Assembly (NCBI GenBank): GCA_001805965.1
Contig: MHHG01000028.1
Coordinates: 9,193-73,192, forward strand
Length of the DNA stretch: 64,000 nt
Direction of reading: 5' to 3'
From: Omnitrophica WOR_2 bacterium RIFOXYA2_FULL_38_17
Lineage (GTDB): Bacteria > Omnitrophota > Gorgyraeia > Zapsychrales > Zapsychraceae
Below the pieces are notes generated by a model. The model searched no databases. It saw only the letters and a list, made by a program, of their open reading frames with translations, and was not told where the DNA came from. The position numbers and the translations under genes were made by a program. Position 1 is the stretch's first letter. The number at the start of each line of letters is the position of its first letter. Below, in pieces: positions 20,035 to 30,142 of the stretch.

Positions 20035-20747
20035 GGCTGCAGGTATTTTTATCTAGAAATGGTGTTTCTTCAAGAAGAGACGCTTTGGAACTGATTAAAA
20101 AGGGGAACGTATCCTTAAATGGTAAAGTTGTATTTGAGCCTTCAACGGAAGTTGATGAAAAGTGCTTAGGTGTTTCTGTTAATGGTGAAAAGATCAAGCC
20201 AAGGAAATTCTTGTACATTCTTATGAACAAGCCCAAAGGATTTACTACAACGAAAGAAGATCGCTTTGCCGACAAGCTGGTCTTTGATCTTCTTCCAAAA
20301 AATCTACACCATTTAGCTCCTGTAGGCAGGCTCGACAAAGATACTGAAGGTTTGTTGCTGTTAACAAATGATGGCGATGTTGCGTATAAATTAACTCATC
20401 CTAAGTTTAATGTAGATAAAATTTATTATGTGGTATTGAGAGAGAGGATTGACCAGGAAAAACGTTTAAAGGTTGAGAGGGGTGTTTATATAGATGGTGT
20501 AAAGACGCTTCCTGCAAAAATAAAGATCATTAAATCGCTCAAGGACAGGACAGAGCTAAGTATTACAGTTCACGAGGGCAAGAAAAGACAGATCAGAAGG
20601 ATGTTCGCTAATGTGAAAACGAAGGTTCTTTATTTAAAGCGGCTGACGCAAGGGCCTTTGAAGCTTGGGAGCCTTAAGGTTGGCTGTGCTAGGGAGTTAA
20701 ATGCTCAGGAGATCAATAGTATTAGAATGATAGGAGAGGATGTTTAG
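20031..20747 (+). CDS. rRNA pseudouridine synthase, RsuA/RluB family
   Basis: S4 domain, the catalytic GRLDKDTEGLLLLTNDG motif, and an HEGKKRQIRRM motif. Confidence 0.8.
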   Translation: MRLQVFLSRNGVSSRRDALELIKKGNVSLNGKVVFEPSTEVDEKCLGVSVNGEKIKPRKFLYILMNKPKGFTTTKEDRFADKLVFDLLPKNLHHLAPVGRLDKDTEGLLLLTNDGDVAYKLTHPKFNVDKIYYVVLRERIDQEKRLKVERGVYIDGVKTLPAKIKIIKSLKDRTELSITVHEGKKRQIRRMFANVKTKVLYLKRLTQGPLKLGSLKVGCARELNAQEINSIRMIGEDV

Positions 20748-20771
20748 TTTTTTTTATTAAGCAAAACTATT

Positions 20772-22727
20772 ATGATAAATATCGATAATATAACAATGGG
20801 ATTTACCCAAAGAACGCTTTTTAAAGACGTTGCTTTCAGTATATTCCCTGATGAAAAGATCGGCTTGGCTGGCCCGAACGGTTCAGGGAAAACGACGTTG
20901 TTCTCAATAATACTTGGTGAAACTGAACCAGTCGCAGGCAACGTCCAGGTCCAGAAGAATTTGAATATAGGATATCTTCCTCAAGAAGCAAAGTTCAGCT
21001 CAAAAAGAACAATAATGGAAGAGCTTACTTCCGGAGATGATAGGATCAGGGCGCTTTTACAGGAAAGAAGAAAGCTTGAGGATCTTCACAAGGCGGATAC
21101 TGATAGATATGGCGATGTTCTTCATGAACTTGAACAATTGGGCGTTTATGAGATCGAGCATAAAGCGGAAAAGATATTAACCGGCCTTGGCTTTAAGCAG
21201 GAAACGTTTCACAAGCCTATTATCGAATTAAGCGGCGGCTGGCAGATGCGGACTTTGTTGGCAAAACTTCTAACGTATCAATACGACCTCTTATTGCTTG
21301 ACGAGCCTACCAACTATTTGGACCTGGAAGCGACTTTGTGGCTAAAAGAATATCTTTCGAGCTATCGGGGGGCATTTATGTTGATATCCCACGACAGAGA
21401 GTTCCTTAATGATGTTACTAATTATACGATCATGCTAGAGGGGGCTCAGGCTGTAAAAGTAAAGGGTAACTATGAAGCTTATCAGCAACAAAAGGAGCTT
21501 AATCAAAAGAGCTTGGAAAAACGCCAAAAAGTCGTCGAGAAGAAGCGACAGCAGTTGGAGCAATTTGCCCAAAGGTTCCATGCGCAGCCGAACAGGGCTG
21601 CTGCAGTAAAGAATAAAAGAAAGATGATCGATAAGCTTGAAGTTATTGAATTATCGCATGAAAAGACCAGCATCGGAGAATTTGAATTTTCTGATATACC
21701 GTCAAGCGGATATGTTGTCGCAAACGCAGAAAAAGTTTCAAAAGCATATGGGGATAAGCAAGTTTACAAAGATCTGGATTTTGAGATTATTAAAGGTCAA
21801 AAAGTCTGCTTGATCGGGCCAAACGGTTCTGGTAAGTCCACCTTATTGAAAATGCTCGCAGGGACGATCAAGAATGATTCCGGAGAGATCAAGTACGGGC
21901 ATAATGTAGAGACCGGATATTTTTCCCAGACAAGGACGGATGTCTTGAACCCAGAAAGAACCGCTTTTGATGAAGTTGTGTCAGCAGCCTCACAGGGAAT
22001 ACCTTCTCTTAAGGTAAGGAATCTTTTGGGGCTGTTCAATTTTCACGGCGATGATGTCTTTAAGCCGGTTAAAGTCTTATCCGGAGGGGAAAAAAGCAGG
22101 CTGATATTAGCAAAGCTGCTTATTAATCCTCCTAATTTTATGTGTTTGGATGAGCCGACGACCCATCTTGATCTTGACGGGATCAATGCTTTAACGAAGG
22201 CTTTCAAGAAATATTCCGGGACAATGTGCTTTATTAGTCACGATCTTTTTTTTATCAGAGAGGTTGCAGATTGTATCGTCGATGTAAGAGACGGAGAATT
22301 GAAAATATATTTGGGGGGCCTGCAGTATTATTTGGATAAGAAAGATGAAAAAGAAGCTTTTTTAAAAGGCGAGAAGCGTGCAGCCAAGAAGTCCGGTTCC
22401 GGTGAGGGTAAAAGGGAAAAGACCTCAGAGGAGTTCGAAAGAGAACAGGAGAAGTCGCACCTTGCAGAATTACGAAGGCAACATAATCAGGCAAAAAACA
22501 GATTGTCCCAAATAAAGAATGAAATAAAGAATTTAAGGCTGGAAGAGAAAGACCTCGAGACAGAAAGCTATGTAAAATCGCGCCATCTTTCACAGCAATT
22601 CGATAAGAGGGATAATCAAACATTAATAGATTATGGAAGGCGGCTTAAGGAAATCCAGACACGGTTAAGAGAGATAGAAAGCACTATAAAGAAACTTGAA
22701 GAAGAGAGGGACAGAATAACAAAGTAG
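20772..22727 (+). CDS. ABC-F family ATPase with C-terminal coiled-coil (Uup-like)
   Basis: Two ABC cassettes (GPNGSGKTT twice; signatures LSGGWQMR and LSGGEKSRL). A charged ~110-aa coiled-coil tail. Confidence 0.85.
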   Translation: MINIDNITMGFTQRTLFKDVAFSIFPDEKIGLAGPNGSGKTTLFSIILGETEPVAGNVQVQKNLNIGYLPQEAKFSSKRTIMEELTSGDDRIRALLQERRKLEDLHKADTDRYGDVLHELEQLGVYEIEHKAEKILTGLGFKQETFHKPIIELSGGWQMRTLLAKLLTYQYDLLLLDEPTNYLDLEATLWLKEYLSSYRGAFMLISHDREFLNDVTNYTIMLEGAQAVKVKGNYEAYQQQKELNQKSLEKRQKVVEKKRQQLEQFAQRFHAQPNRAAAVKNKRKMIDKLEVIELSHEKTSIGEFEFSDIPSSGYVVANAEKVSKAYGDKQVYKDLDFEIIKGQKVCLIGPNGSGKSTLLKMLAGTIKNDSGEIKYGHNVETGYFSQTRTDVLNPERTAFDEVVSAASQGIPSLKVRNLLGLFNFHGDDVFKPVKVLSGGEKSRLILAKLLINPPNFMCLDEPTTHLDLDGINALTKAFKKYSGTMCFISHDLFFIREVADCIVDVRDGELKIYLGGLQYYLDKKDEKEAFLKGEKRAAKKSGSGEGKREKTSEEFEREQEKSHLAELRRQHNQAKNRLSQIKNEIKNLRLEEKDLETESYVKSRHLSQQFDKRDNQTLIDYGRRLKEIQTRLREIESTIKKLEEERDRITK

Positions 22728-22733
22728 AGGAAT

Positions 22734-22982
22734 ATGAACCTGAAATTGGATTTGCATGATATTTATTCTGAAGGAAAGCAGTTGGAAAAGGCACTTGTTG
22801 ATATATTGAGCCAAGCTGAGAGCAAAAAAGCAAAAATGGTCGAGATCATTCCGGGGAAAGGAAGCGGCCAGCTGAAGAAATATGTCCTTCGTTTTCTCGA
22901 GAAGAATTACAAGGGGAAATATCACAGGATTGAAAAAGACGATAAGAACTGGGGAAGGATATTTGTTCATTATCGCTGGTAA
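22734..22982 (+). CDS. Smr domain protein (stand-alone)
   Basis: LDLH and IPGKGSG Smr motifs. Confidence 0.6.
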   Translation: MNLKLDLHDIYSEGKQLEKALVDILSQAESKKAKMVEIIPGKGSGQLKKYVLRFLEKNYKGKYHRIEKDDKNWGRIFVHYRW

Positions 22983-23000
22983 AAAAATAGGGACAAGAAC

Positions 23001-23384
23001 ATGAGAAAAACATTTATAGCGATTCTTTGTTTGTTTATTTTTAGTGGGTGCTCTAAGGCAAAGTATATTAATGAGCTTTTAACCTTAAAAAGAATTGGCG
23101 ATGAGCAGGTTGCCATGGCAGATATTGTTGCCGAGCAGGACAGTAAATTTAATATGCTTCTAAAAAAGGTCACAGAAGGTAAGATCTCGGAATATAAAAC
23201 AAAGGATAGCTTATTAGATGCTTTTGGCAAGCCTATTTTTGTTAAGAAAGTAAGCCGCAACGACAGTATTCAGGAAAAATGGCTTTACCGTTATTCGACC
23301 CAGTTTTTTGGCTCGTCAAAAGTTGTTTTTTATTTAGATGATGCGGGTAATGTTGAAGATTGGGAATATATTGAACCAAAATAA
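23001..23384 (+). CDS. lipoprotein, unknown function
   Basis: Lipobox FSGC after the signal peptide. Confidence 0.5.
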   Translation: MRKTFIAILCLFIFSGCSKAKYINELLTLKRIGDEQVAMADIVAEQDSKFNMLLKKVTEGKISEYKTKDSLLDAFGKPIFVKKVSRNDSIQEKWLYRYSTQFFGSSKVVFYLDDAGNVEDWEYIEPK

Positions 23385-23406
23385 GCAGTTATCCGGGAGG
23401 GACATT

Positions 23407-23697
23407 ATGTCAAAGATAAAGATCGAGAAATTAAATGACCTGCAGAAAAAGGAACTGGGCATTCCTGAAAAACTTTCTAGCAATCGCACCTGGTCAGTCT
23501 GGGAATGTGAGCCATCTGTTTTTGATTGGCATTATGACGAAACAGAGAATGCATATGTTTTTGAAGGCAATGTTAAAGTGAGAACTAAGGATGGGGAAGT
23601 TGTGATAAAGTCTGGTGATTATGTGACCTTTCCGGCAGGATTGGACTGCACATGGAAAATTTCAGAAAAGATCCGGAAAGTTTACAGGTTTATTTAG
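23407..23697 (+). CDS. cupin domain protein (cupin_3/DUF861-like)
   Basis: Small beta-barrel pattern with a GDYVTFPAG motif and a GGAGG-like RBS. The track ORF starts further upstream at 23338. Confidence 0.55.
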   Translation: MSKIKIEKLNDLQKKELGIPEKLSSNRTWSVWECEPSVFDWHYDETENAYVFEGNVKVRTKDGEVVIKSGDYVTFPAGLDCTWKISEKIRKVYRFI

Positions 23698-23746
23698 ATT
23701 CATTTAGGTGCAATTATTGTAAAAAATTCAATAATGGAGGCGCTAA

Positions 23747-23887
23747 ATGGGAAAGTCAGGAAAAAAACCAAGGCAGAAATTAAATGCAAAGAGTTTTGAT
23801 GAAGGCGGCGGAGGCAGTGCTCCAAAGAAAAAAGAACGCGACTGGGATTTTGATGATATAGCACGCTCTAAAACACGCCGGCGATAA
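23747..23887 (+). CDS. unannotated small basic protein (46 aa, Lys/Arg-rich termini, Gly4 linker)
   Basis: GGAGG RBS at 23736-23740, 6 nt before the ATG. Ends 7 nt before the next gene. The competing minus ORF 23743..23934 has no support. Confidence 0.4.
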   Translation: MGKSGKKPRQKLNAKSFDEGGGGSAPKKKERDWDFDDIARSKTRRR

Positions 23888-23893
23888 TTTGTA

Positions 23894-24550
23894 ATGAATA
23901 GCAAGCTAAGAAGAGTTCTGGGCCAGGCATACAAAAAGCTATTTGATGCTTATGGCAAGCAATATTGGTGGCCGGCAAAGACAAAGTTTGAAGTGATCGT
24001 TGGGGCGATATTAACCCAGAATACAAATTGGGTAAATGTGGAAAAGGCTTTGAACAATATTAGGAAAGAGGGCCTGCTGAATTTCAAGGCCATTGAGAGC
24101 ATATCAATAGAAAAATTGGCTTTATTGATAAAGCCTGCAGGTTATTACAATATAAAAGCAAAAAGGCTTAAGAATTTTATTGGATTTTTCTCTGGGGAAT
24201 ATCAGGGAAGCTTAAAGAAAATGGGTTGTGAAAAACCCGATATCCTGAGAGAGAAATTGTTAAGAGTAAACGGCATAGGCCCGGAAACAGCTGATTCAAT
24301 TTTGCTTTATGCGGTAGGTGTCCCCGTATTTGTTGTTGATGCTTATACTAAAAGGATCTTTTCGCGGCATGGCCTTGTTGACGAGGAAGATGATTACCCT
24401 GCAATCCAAAAGTTATTTACGGATAATCTAGAGCCAAACGAGAAAATCTTTAATGAGTATCATGCGTTGATCGTAAAGCTGGCAAAGGAACATTGCAGGG
24501 TAAAGCCTCAATGCGAAGAATGTCCTTTGATAGGATTGAATAGCTTTTAA
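23894..24550 (+). CDS. HhH-GPD superfamily DNA glycosylase (endonuclease III-like)
   Basis: ILTQNTNW motif and a VNGIGPETAD helix-hairpin-helix. Confidence 0.7.
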   Translation: MNSKLRRVLGQAYKKLFDAYGKQYWWPAKTKFEVIVGAILTQNTNWVNVEKALNNIRKEGLLNFKAIESISIEKLALLIKPAGYYNIKAKRLKNFIGFFSGEYQGSLKKMGCEKPDILREKLLRVNGIGPETADSILLYAVGVPVFVVDAYTKRIFSRHGLVDEEDDYPAIQKLFTDNLEPNEKIFNEYHALIVKLAKEHCRVKPQCEECPLIGLNSF

Positions 24551-24590
24551 AATGTATTTAGTTTATTAAAAAACAGTGTTTTAGGATAGG

Positions 24591-25712
24591 GTGCATTATA
24601 TGAATATGACGATTGTCTCAATTACCTTAGGAGTGGTTTTTATTGGGTTTATGTTTGCCGCTTTTATGGCAATGCTGGGTTTTTTACGAAAGCAAATAAG
24701 GGATGAAATAAGCGTGAGCCAGGATCAATTTCTGAAGCTGGCGCGTCAGCAGTTTGAAATTGAACAAGGCAATGCTATCAAGGAATTTGAGATCAGAAAA
24801 GAGGCTGTTGAGGGTTCGGTTAAGGGTTTGAAGGAACAATTAGACAAGTATTCGCAATTGGTCAGGGAATTTGAAAATGATAGAACTCAAAAATATGGCA
24901 GCCTTGAAAATGAACTTAAAAATGCGGCGCTTGCAACAAATGAACTAAAGAATACCACGAACCGGCTGAATGATGTTTTGGGGAATGTTAAATTGCGAGG
25001 CCAGTGGGGCGAAAGAATGGCGGAAGATATTATTATTAACTTGGGCTTTATTGAGGGCATTAATTACAAGAAGCAAAAACAGTTAGGCGCAAGCGTTACA
25101 AAGCCGGATTATACATTCCTGCTTCCTGATGAACATATTGTGAACATGGATGTAAAGTTCCCGCTTGATAATTATTTGAAAATGGTTAATTCGGAGAATG
25201 CTTCGGAAAAAGAAAGCTATAAGAAAGAATTCCTTAAGAATGTCAACGAAAGGATAAAGGAGATACAGGGCAGGGACTATATTGATCCGGGCTCAAATAC
25301 TTTGGACTTTGTGCTTCTTTTTATCCCGAATGAACAGGTTTATGGAATAATACAGGAAATGGCCCCTGACCTGATGGACAGTTCGCTCAAGAAAAAAGTG
25401 GTTTTGTGCTCACCGTTTACGCTTTATGCAATGCTAAGCGTTATTAGGCAGGCTTATGAGAATTTTAAGTTTGAGAAGAATTTGAAGAAAATTATCAAGG
25501 ACATTGAATTGTTTGCTAAGTATTATGACAGTTTTAAGGTTGGCTTTGAGAAGGTCGGAAAGTCGATCGAGGATTCTATGGATAAATACAGGGAGGTAAG
25601 AAATAAAAATTTTGAAAGATTGGATGTGAAAATAAGGCACATTGAAGATTTTAAAAAAGGCAATAAGATGGAAGCCTTACAGATGGAAGATGGGTTAGAT
25701 GACGATAAGTAG
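24591..25712 (+). CDS. rmuC: DNA recombination protein RmuC
   Basis: N-terminal TM helix, coiled coil, then GQWGE and FVLLFIPNE RmuC-type motifs. Confidence 0.75.
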   Translation: MHYMNMTIVSITLGVVFIGFMFAAFMAMLGFLRKQIRDEISVSQDQFLKLARQQFEIEQGNAIKEFEIRKEAVEGSVKGLKEQLDKYSQLVREFENDRTQKYGSLENELKNAALATNELKNTTNRLNDVLGNVKLRGQWGERMAEDIIINLGFIEGINYKKQKQLGASVTKPDYTFLLPDEHIVNMDVKFPLDNYLKMVNSENASEKESYKKEFLKNVNERIKEIQGRDYIDPGSNTLDFVLLFIPNEQVYGIIQEMAPDLMDSSLKKKVVLCSPFTLYAMLSVIRQAYENFKFEKNLKKIIKDIELFAKYYDSFKVGFEKVGKSIEDSMDKYREVRNKNFERLDVKIRHIEDFKKGNKMEALQMEDGLDDDK

Positions 25713-26448
25713 AGATTCAGATCCTTGCTTTCCGTCATGGATATTGGCGGATACTTTTGATAGAACGATAGACTTCTCTTTCCCTGAAGATGGCGGTGTT
25801 TTTAATGAAGAACAGAATTGTTTTTTGAGATCCTATATTGAGGAAAATAGCGATAACACGCTTGGAGTGTTCCAAACAATTAAACAAGTCCACGGTGATG
25901 AAATTGTTTTAATTAATAAGGATGTCTTTAAACGTGATGGAGCAAAGGGAAAAAACCAGGAATCTTTAAGGCGTGCTGATGGATTGATAACTGATAGTGC
26001 CGGCCTGCCGGTTGTAATTCGAACGGCGGATTGTGTTCCGGTTTTTATATTTGATAACAAGTTCAAGGTTATTGGTCTGGTGCATGCTGGTTGGCGGTCC
26101 ACGCAGTTGGGAATAGTCAAGAAGGCTGTAGTTTTGATATGCGATAATTGGAATAGCGAGCCGGATAATATAAATATAGTTTTTGGACCTGCGATAAGAA
26201 GATGCTGCTATGAAGTTGGCCCAGAGTTCAAGGAGAGATTTAATAGCAGCGTTACCGAAAGAGATGGCGGCTATTGGTTGGGCTTAGTTGAGGAGAATAT
26301 TCATCAGTTAGAAGGCTTGTTTGAGAAGGGAAAAAATTTAATTGATCGTGGGATTTGCACTTGTTGTGATAAAAGATATTTTTCATACAGAAGAGAAGGT
26401 GCCTTGGCCGGCAGGAATTTATCAGTTATGATGATCAAAGGGGAATGA
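25699..26448 (+). CDS. pgeF: peptidoglycan editing factor PgeF / YfiH (DUF152, purine nucleoside phosphorylase-like)
   Basis: TADCVPV, HAGWRS and the CCYEVG cysteine motifs. Confidence 0.8.
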   Translation: MTISRDSDPCFPSWILADTFDRTIDFSFPEDGGVFNEEQNCFLRSYIEENSDNTLGVFQTIKQVHGDEIVLINKDVFKRDGAKGKNQESLRRADGLITDSAGLPVVIRTADCVPVFIFDNKFKVIGLVHAGWRSTQLGIVKKAVVLICDNWNSEPDNINIVFGPAIRRCCYEVGPEFKERFNSSVTERDGGYWLGLVEENIHQLEGLFEKGKNLIDRGICTCCDKRYFSYRREGALAGRNLSVMMIKGE

Positions 26449-26449
26449 T

Positions 26450-26758
26450 ATGTATTGCGTTGTTCTTGTTACTTCAAAAGATCTTGATGAAGCATCTGCA
26501 ATAAGCAGAAAATTACTTGAACAAAAATTGATCGCTTGTTCTAATATTGTTAATGGTGTCAATTCGTTCTTTAGTTGGAAGGGTGACATTGTTAACGAAA
26601 AAGAAGTTTTGCTCGTTCTTAAAACAAAAGAAGAACATCTTAAAGTTTTAACAAGAGAAGTTAAGAGAATACACAGCTATGAGACTCCGGAGATTATTGC
26701 TTTGCCGATCATTTATGGCGACCAGGACTATTTGAAATGGATGGAAGAAGTTTTATAA
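26450..26758 (+). CDS. cutA: divalent-cation tolerance protein CutA
   Basis: CutA1 fold signature (VVLVT...LIACSN...SYETPEI) and ~100-aa size. Confidence 0.75.
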   Translation: MYCVVLVTSKDLDEASAISRKLLEQKLIACSNIVNGVNSFFSWKGDIVNEKEVLLVLKTKEEHLKVLTREVKRIHSYETPEIIALPIIYGDQDYLKWMEEVL

Positions 26759-26813
26759 GAATAATAATGTACCTCAAAGAAAGAATATTTTAAAAGAAAA
26801 GGAAAGTGAGTAT

Positions 26814-27335
26814 ATGAAAACATTTATCAAGCTAAGCCTATCATTGATCATATTATTAGTAATGCTGTACCCTGCTTCTGCAAGCAGCCAGTTAGGATGG
26901 GGACAGGTTTCTTTAACAAACAAGACTGCTCCTGATTTTGAATTAACTACTCTGGATGGCTCAACGAAAAGTTTTAATAATTTCAGAGATGGGGATAATT
27001 CAATTATTTTTTTCTGGTCAACATGGTGTCCTCATTGCCGTTCTCAGCTAATGGCTTTGTTAAATATGAAAGAAGAGCTTGAAAGAAAAAATATAAAGGT
27101 TGTTCTGGTCAATGAAGGTGAAAAGATAACGGTTGTCAGTGCTTTTCTAGAAAAGAATAACATAGATTTTGAGGTATTTTTTGACACTGATGGGGCAATT
27201 GGCAGCAAATACCAGGTTGTTGGTATCCCAACTTTCTATTTTGTTGATTCGGCAGGTATAGTTAAGGCTTCGGAGCATTATATCCCGGAAAATTATGGAG
27301 CTTTTTTCGCGTCACGAAAGAAAAATAAAAAGTGA
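26814..27335 (+). CDS. TlpA-like thiol-disulfide oxidoreductase (thioredoxin fold, secreted)
   Basis: Signal peptide and a WCPHC active site. Confidence 0.75.
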   Translation: MKTFIKLSLSLIILLVMLYPASASSQLGWGQVSLTNKTAPDFELTTLDGSTKSFNNFRDGDNSIIFFWSTWCPHCRSQLMALLNMKEELERKNIKVVLVNEGEKITVVSAFLEKNNIDFEVFFDTDGAIGSKYQVVGIPTFYFVDSAGIVKASEHYIPENYGAFFASRKKNKK

Positions 27336-27354
27336 TAAAGCTTTAACCGGGATT

Positions 27355-28932
27355 TTATTCTTCTTGTCCTTCCTTAGGAGCAGACAATTCTCTTAACCTT
27401 TGAAGATTATTATCTAGTTTTGCTGCAAGTCTTAATCTTACTAAAAAGTCATTAAAGGCCTGGTTTCTGATGTTTCCTATCAAAGTTTTTGCAAACTCCG
27501 CTTTATCTTTCTCAAATTTAGTTTTTTCAACAGGTATGTAGCTGTCTTGATGTAAAATGCAGTAGCCATTATCAATTTCAACAACGTCACTGATCTTGTT
27601 CTCATTATCTAAAAGAAATGCTGTTTCTTGGAAATCCATTGCAAGTCCAACAGTCGGAAGATATTGTCCTCTATTGAAAACCGGAGTTTGCCTGATCTCT
27701 AGCCCGAGGTTCTTTGCTGATTTTGTGAAATCTTTTAATTTGGTTTTATTAAGCTCTTCTTTTATAGCGGTCAAATGTTCTTCGGCTGTTTTCTTGGCAA
27801 TTTCTTTTGATTTGATCTGGACAAGTTCTTGAGCGACCGATTGCCTTGCTTCCTCAAAGGCTGGTATGTATGCCCCCTTCTTCTCAACAACTTTTGTTAT
27901 ATAAATTGCGTTTGGAGTTTCAAAGGGTTCGTTTATTTCTCCCGGCTTAAAATTAAAAACCATACTTAAGAATTCATAAGGCCAGCCTAAATTAAGATTC
28001 GGCTTTTCTTCGCTAAAAAATCCGCTTTTTTGTGTTTCTAAGTTGTAGTTTTTTACAATTTGGGAGAAGTTTTCAGGTTTATCCAATGACTCATAATAAA
28101 TGTCTTTTGCTTTTTCTCTCATTATGTTATTTGCTTTTTGGATCTCAGCGTTTTTATCTGAGAGGCCCGTATTCTTCTCAGCTTTTTCGGGTGATAACTC
28201 TTCATTAGGTTCAGGCTCAATTTCTTGTAGAGGCAATGTTATGAATTCAACGTTGATAGTCGAAGGTATTTGAAATTTAGTTTTGTTTTGATCGTAATAA
28301 GCTCGTGCAGTTTCCTCATTGACTGATATCTGTTTGGCAAAGTCTTGCGATAAGACAAGTATGTAGCTTATTTGCACTTTTTCATTTATTTTCTTGTAAG
28401 ATTGGAAGATCGCATCTTCGGAAGGAAATATGGATGAGGTCTCGGCATCATATAGTTTTTTAAATTGAAGGGTAGCCCTAACGCTTTCTTCAAAGTCCCT
28501 GGTTTTGATCCTTAGAACATATCTAAGGATACTGTCATATAGGGAAGGGTCAAATTTGCCGTTTCTTTGAAAGAATTCATATTCTTCAATAGCTTTGACC
28601 ACTTCAGCGTCCATAACTTTAATTCTTCTCTTTTTTGCTTCATGCAGCATGATCAGCCTGTCCCAAGTTTGTGATTCAAGGTCAAGATGTTCTCTTATAT
28701 TGTTAAAATTATCACCATATTTTATTAGTGCCTGTATAGTGACATGACTATAGACTCTCTCAAACTCTTCAAATGATATTTTCTTCCCAAAAATCTTGCC
28801 AGCATAGTTTGAAGGTCTTTGGTTGTTCAATAAGCTGGCTGTTCCGAAAAAGCCAAATGAAATGATAATTATTATTGCGATGAACCAAATGATCTTTTTT
28901 GCAACACCTTTTTTTCTTAGGATTTTTAACAT
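27355..28932 (-). CDS. periplasmic chaperone PpiD/SurA-like (N-terminal TM anchor, SurA N-domain, degenerate parvulin region)
   Basis: N-terminal TM helix, long alpha-helical SurA_N-like region, and a C-terminal parvulin-like segment. One of only two minus-strand genes in the window. Confidence 0.6.
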   Translation of the reverse strand: MLKILRKKGVAKKIIWFIAIIIIISFGFFGTASLLNNQRPSNYAGKIFGKKISFEEFERVYSHVTIQALIKYGDNFNNIREHLDLESQTWDRLIMLHEAKKRRIKVMDAEVVKAIEEYEFFQRNGKFDPSLYDSILRYVLRIKTRDFEESVRATLQFKKLYDAETSSIFPSEDAIFQSYKKINEKVQISYILVLSQDFAKQISVNEETARAYYDQNKTKFQIPSTINVEFITLPLQEIEPEPNEELSPEKAEKNTGLSDKNAEIQKANNIMREKAKDIYYESLDKPENFSQIVKNYNLETQKSGFFSEEKPNLNLGWPYEFLSMVFNFKPGEINEPFETPNAIYITKVVEKKGAYIPAFEEARQSVAQELVQIKSKEIAKKTAEEHLTAIKEELNKTKLKDFTKSAKNLGLEIRQTPVFNRGQYLPTVGLAMDFQETAFLLDNENKISDVVEIDNGYCILHQDSYIPVEKTKFEKDKAEFAKTLIGNIRNQAFNDFLVRLRLAAKLDNNLQRLRELSAPKEGQEE

Positions 28933-29121
28933 GATTGCTCCGTTTTAAATAAACACTTGATAAATTAAATTATTCTGGTAGATTATGGCATTTAGTCTGC
29001 TTTGCGAATTGATGATTATAACTATGAATGGCGGCTTTTACAAGAGAATTAATATTGAATGTGAGATCTTAGTAGGGACAAGGTAAGGCGGATAAAATAA
29101 ACTGTATTAAATATTTTGCCC

Positions 29122-29150
29122 TTTACAACGATAGGGTGCAAGGCTATAAT
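29122..29150 (+). promoter_or_regulatory. candidate sigma70-type promoter TTTACA-17-TATAAT upstream of hisG
   Basis: TTTACA at 29122-29127 and TATAAT at 29145-29150, followed by a ~90-nt leader. Confidence 0.4.
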
Positions 29151-29239
29151 ACGTTGTTCATTTGCCCGAAAATTGATTTTGTGCTTTTTTTTTGTGTCCG
29201 GAAGCTTTGTTATTAAGAGTAATTAAGAGGAATAATATA

Positions 29240-30115
29240 ATGCAAAAGTTAAAATTAGGGTTACCAAAAGGTAGTTTGCAGGAAGCAACTATAAAAGTTT
29301 TTGAAAAAGCTGGCTTTAAGATATATGTTTCCGGTCGCTCATATTTTCCGACGATAGATGATGCAGAGATTGAGCCGGTTCTTTTAAGGGCCCAGGAGAT
29401 GTCCCGTTATGTTGAAGAGAAGGCTTTGGATTGTGGAATCACTGGTGCTGACTGGGTTTTGGAAAATGGTTCAAAGGTTGTTTCTTTGGCGGATTTAGTT
29501 TATGCAAAACAGTCAGCTGTTAAAGTTAGATGGGTTTTGGCAGTGCCAGAAAAATCATCGATCAAAACAGTTAAGGATTTGCAGGGTAAAAAAATAGCCA
29601 CTGAAATCGTTCATGTTACAAAGAAATATCTAAAAAAGAATAATGTAAAGGCAGAAGTTGAATTCAGCTGGGGTGCTACAGAAGCTAAAGTTGCTGATGG
29701 ATTAGTTGATGCAGTTGTTGAGCTAACTGAAACAGGCAGCAGCCTGAGAGCGCATAAACTAAGGATAGTTGCAACTATTTGCGAATCTACAACGCAGTTT
29801 ATTACCAACAATGAATCGCTGAAAGACCCTTGGAAAAAGGCTAAGATGGAACAGATCGTCATGCTTTTAGAAGGGGCGATAATTGCTAGTCATATGGTTG
29901 GGTTGAAGATGAATGTTGAAGAGAAGAATTTTGAAGAGATAAGGGAAATTTTACCGTCTTTAAAAGAACCGACCATTTCAGCGTTAAGCAGGGAAGATTG
30001 GATCGCAGTTGAAACTGTGATTGAAGAAGGTACTGCAAGGATATTAATACCCCAGTTGAAGAAAGCTGGAGCACAAGGTATAGTTGAGTATCCTTTAAAT
30101 AAAGTTATATATTAA
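29240..30115 (+). CDS. hisG: ATP phosphoribosyltransferase, long form
   Basis: N-terminal LKLGLPKGSL and the PRPP-binding region. The length indicates a C-terminal regulatory domain is present. Confidence 0.85.
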   Translation: MQKLKLGLPKGSLQEATIKVFEKAGFKIYVSGRSYFPTIDDAEIEPVLLRAQEMSRYVEEKALDCGITGADWVLENGSKVVSLADLVYAKQSAVKVRWVLAVPEKSSIKTVKDLQGKKIATEIVHVTKKYLKKNNVKAEVEFSWGATEAKVADGLVDAVVELTETGSSLRAHKLRIVATICESTTQFITNNESLKDPWKKAKMEQIVMLLEGAIIASHMVGLKMNVEEKNFEEIREILPSLKEPTISALSREDWIAVETVIEEGTARILIPQLKKAGAQGIVEYPLNKVIY

Positions 30116-30142
30116 TCTATTAAACCGATAGGGTGACGTTTT

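Noticed and set aside
23743-23934. 63-aa minus-strand ORF in the cupin-glycosylase spacer
   Set aside because: No RBS and low-complexity product (PPPPSS). The + strand 46-aa ORF with a GGAGG RBS explains the region better.
27336-27354. Short palindrome TAAAGCTTTA between the convergent tlpA-like and ppiD-like genes, as a bidirectional terminator
   Set aside because: The stem is only 4-5 bp with no loop and there is no flanking T-tract. Too weak to call.
29151-29239. Possible histidine-operon leader or attenuator upstream of hisG
   Set aside because: The ~90-nt leader contains no run of His codons and no convincing terminator/antiterminator pair, only a T-run.
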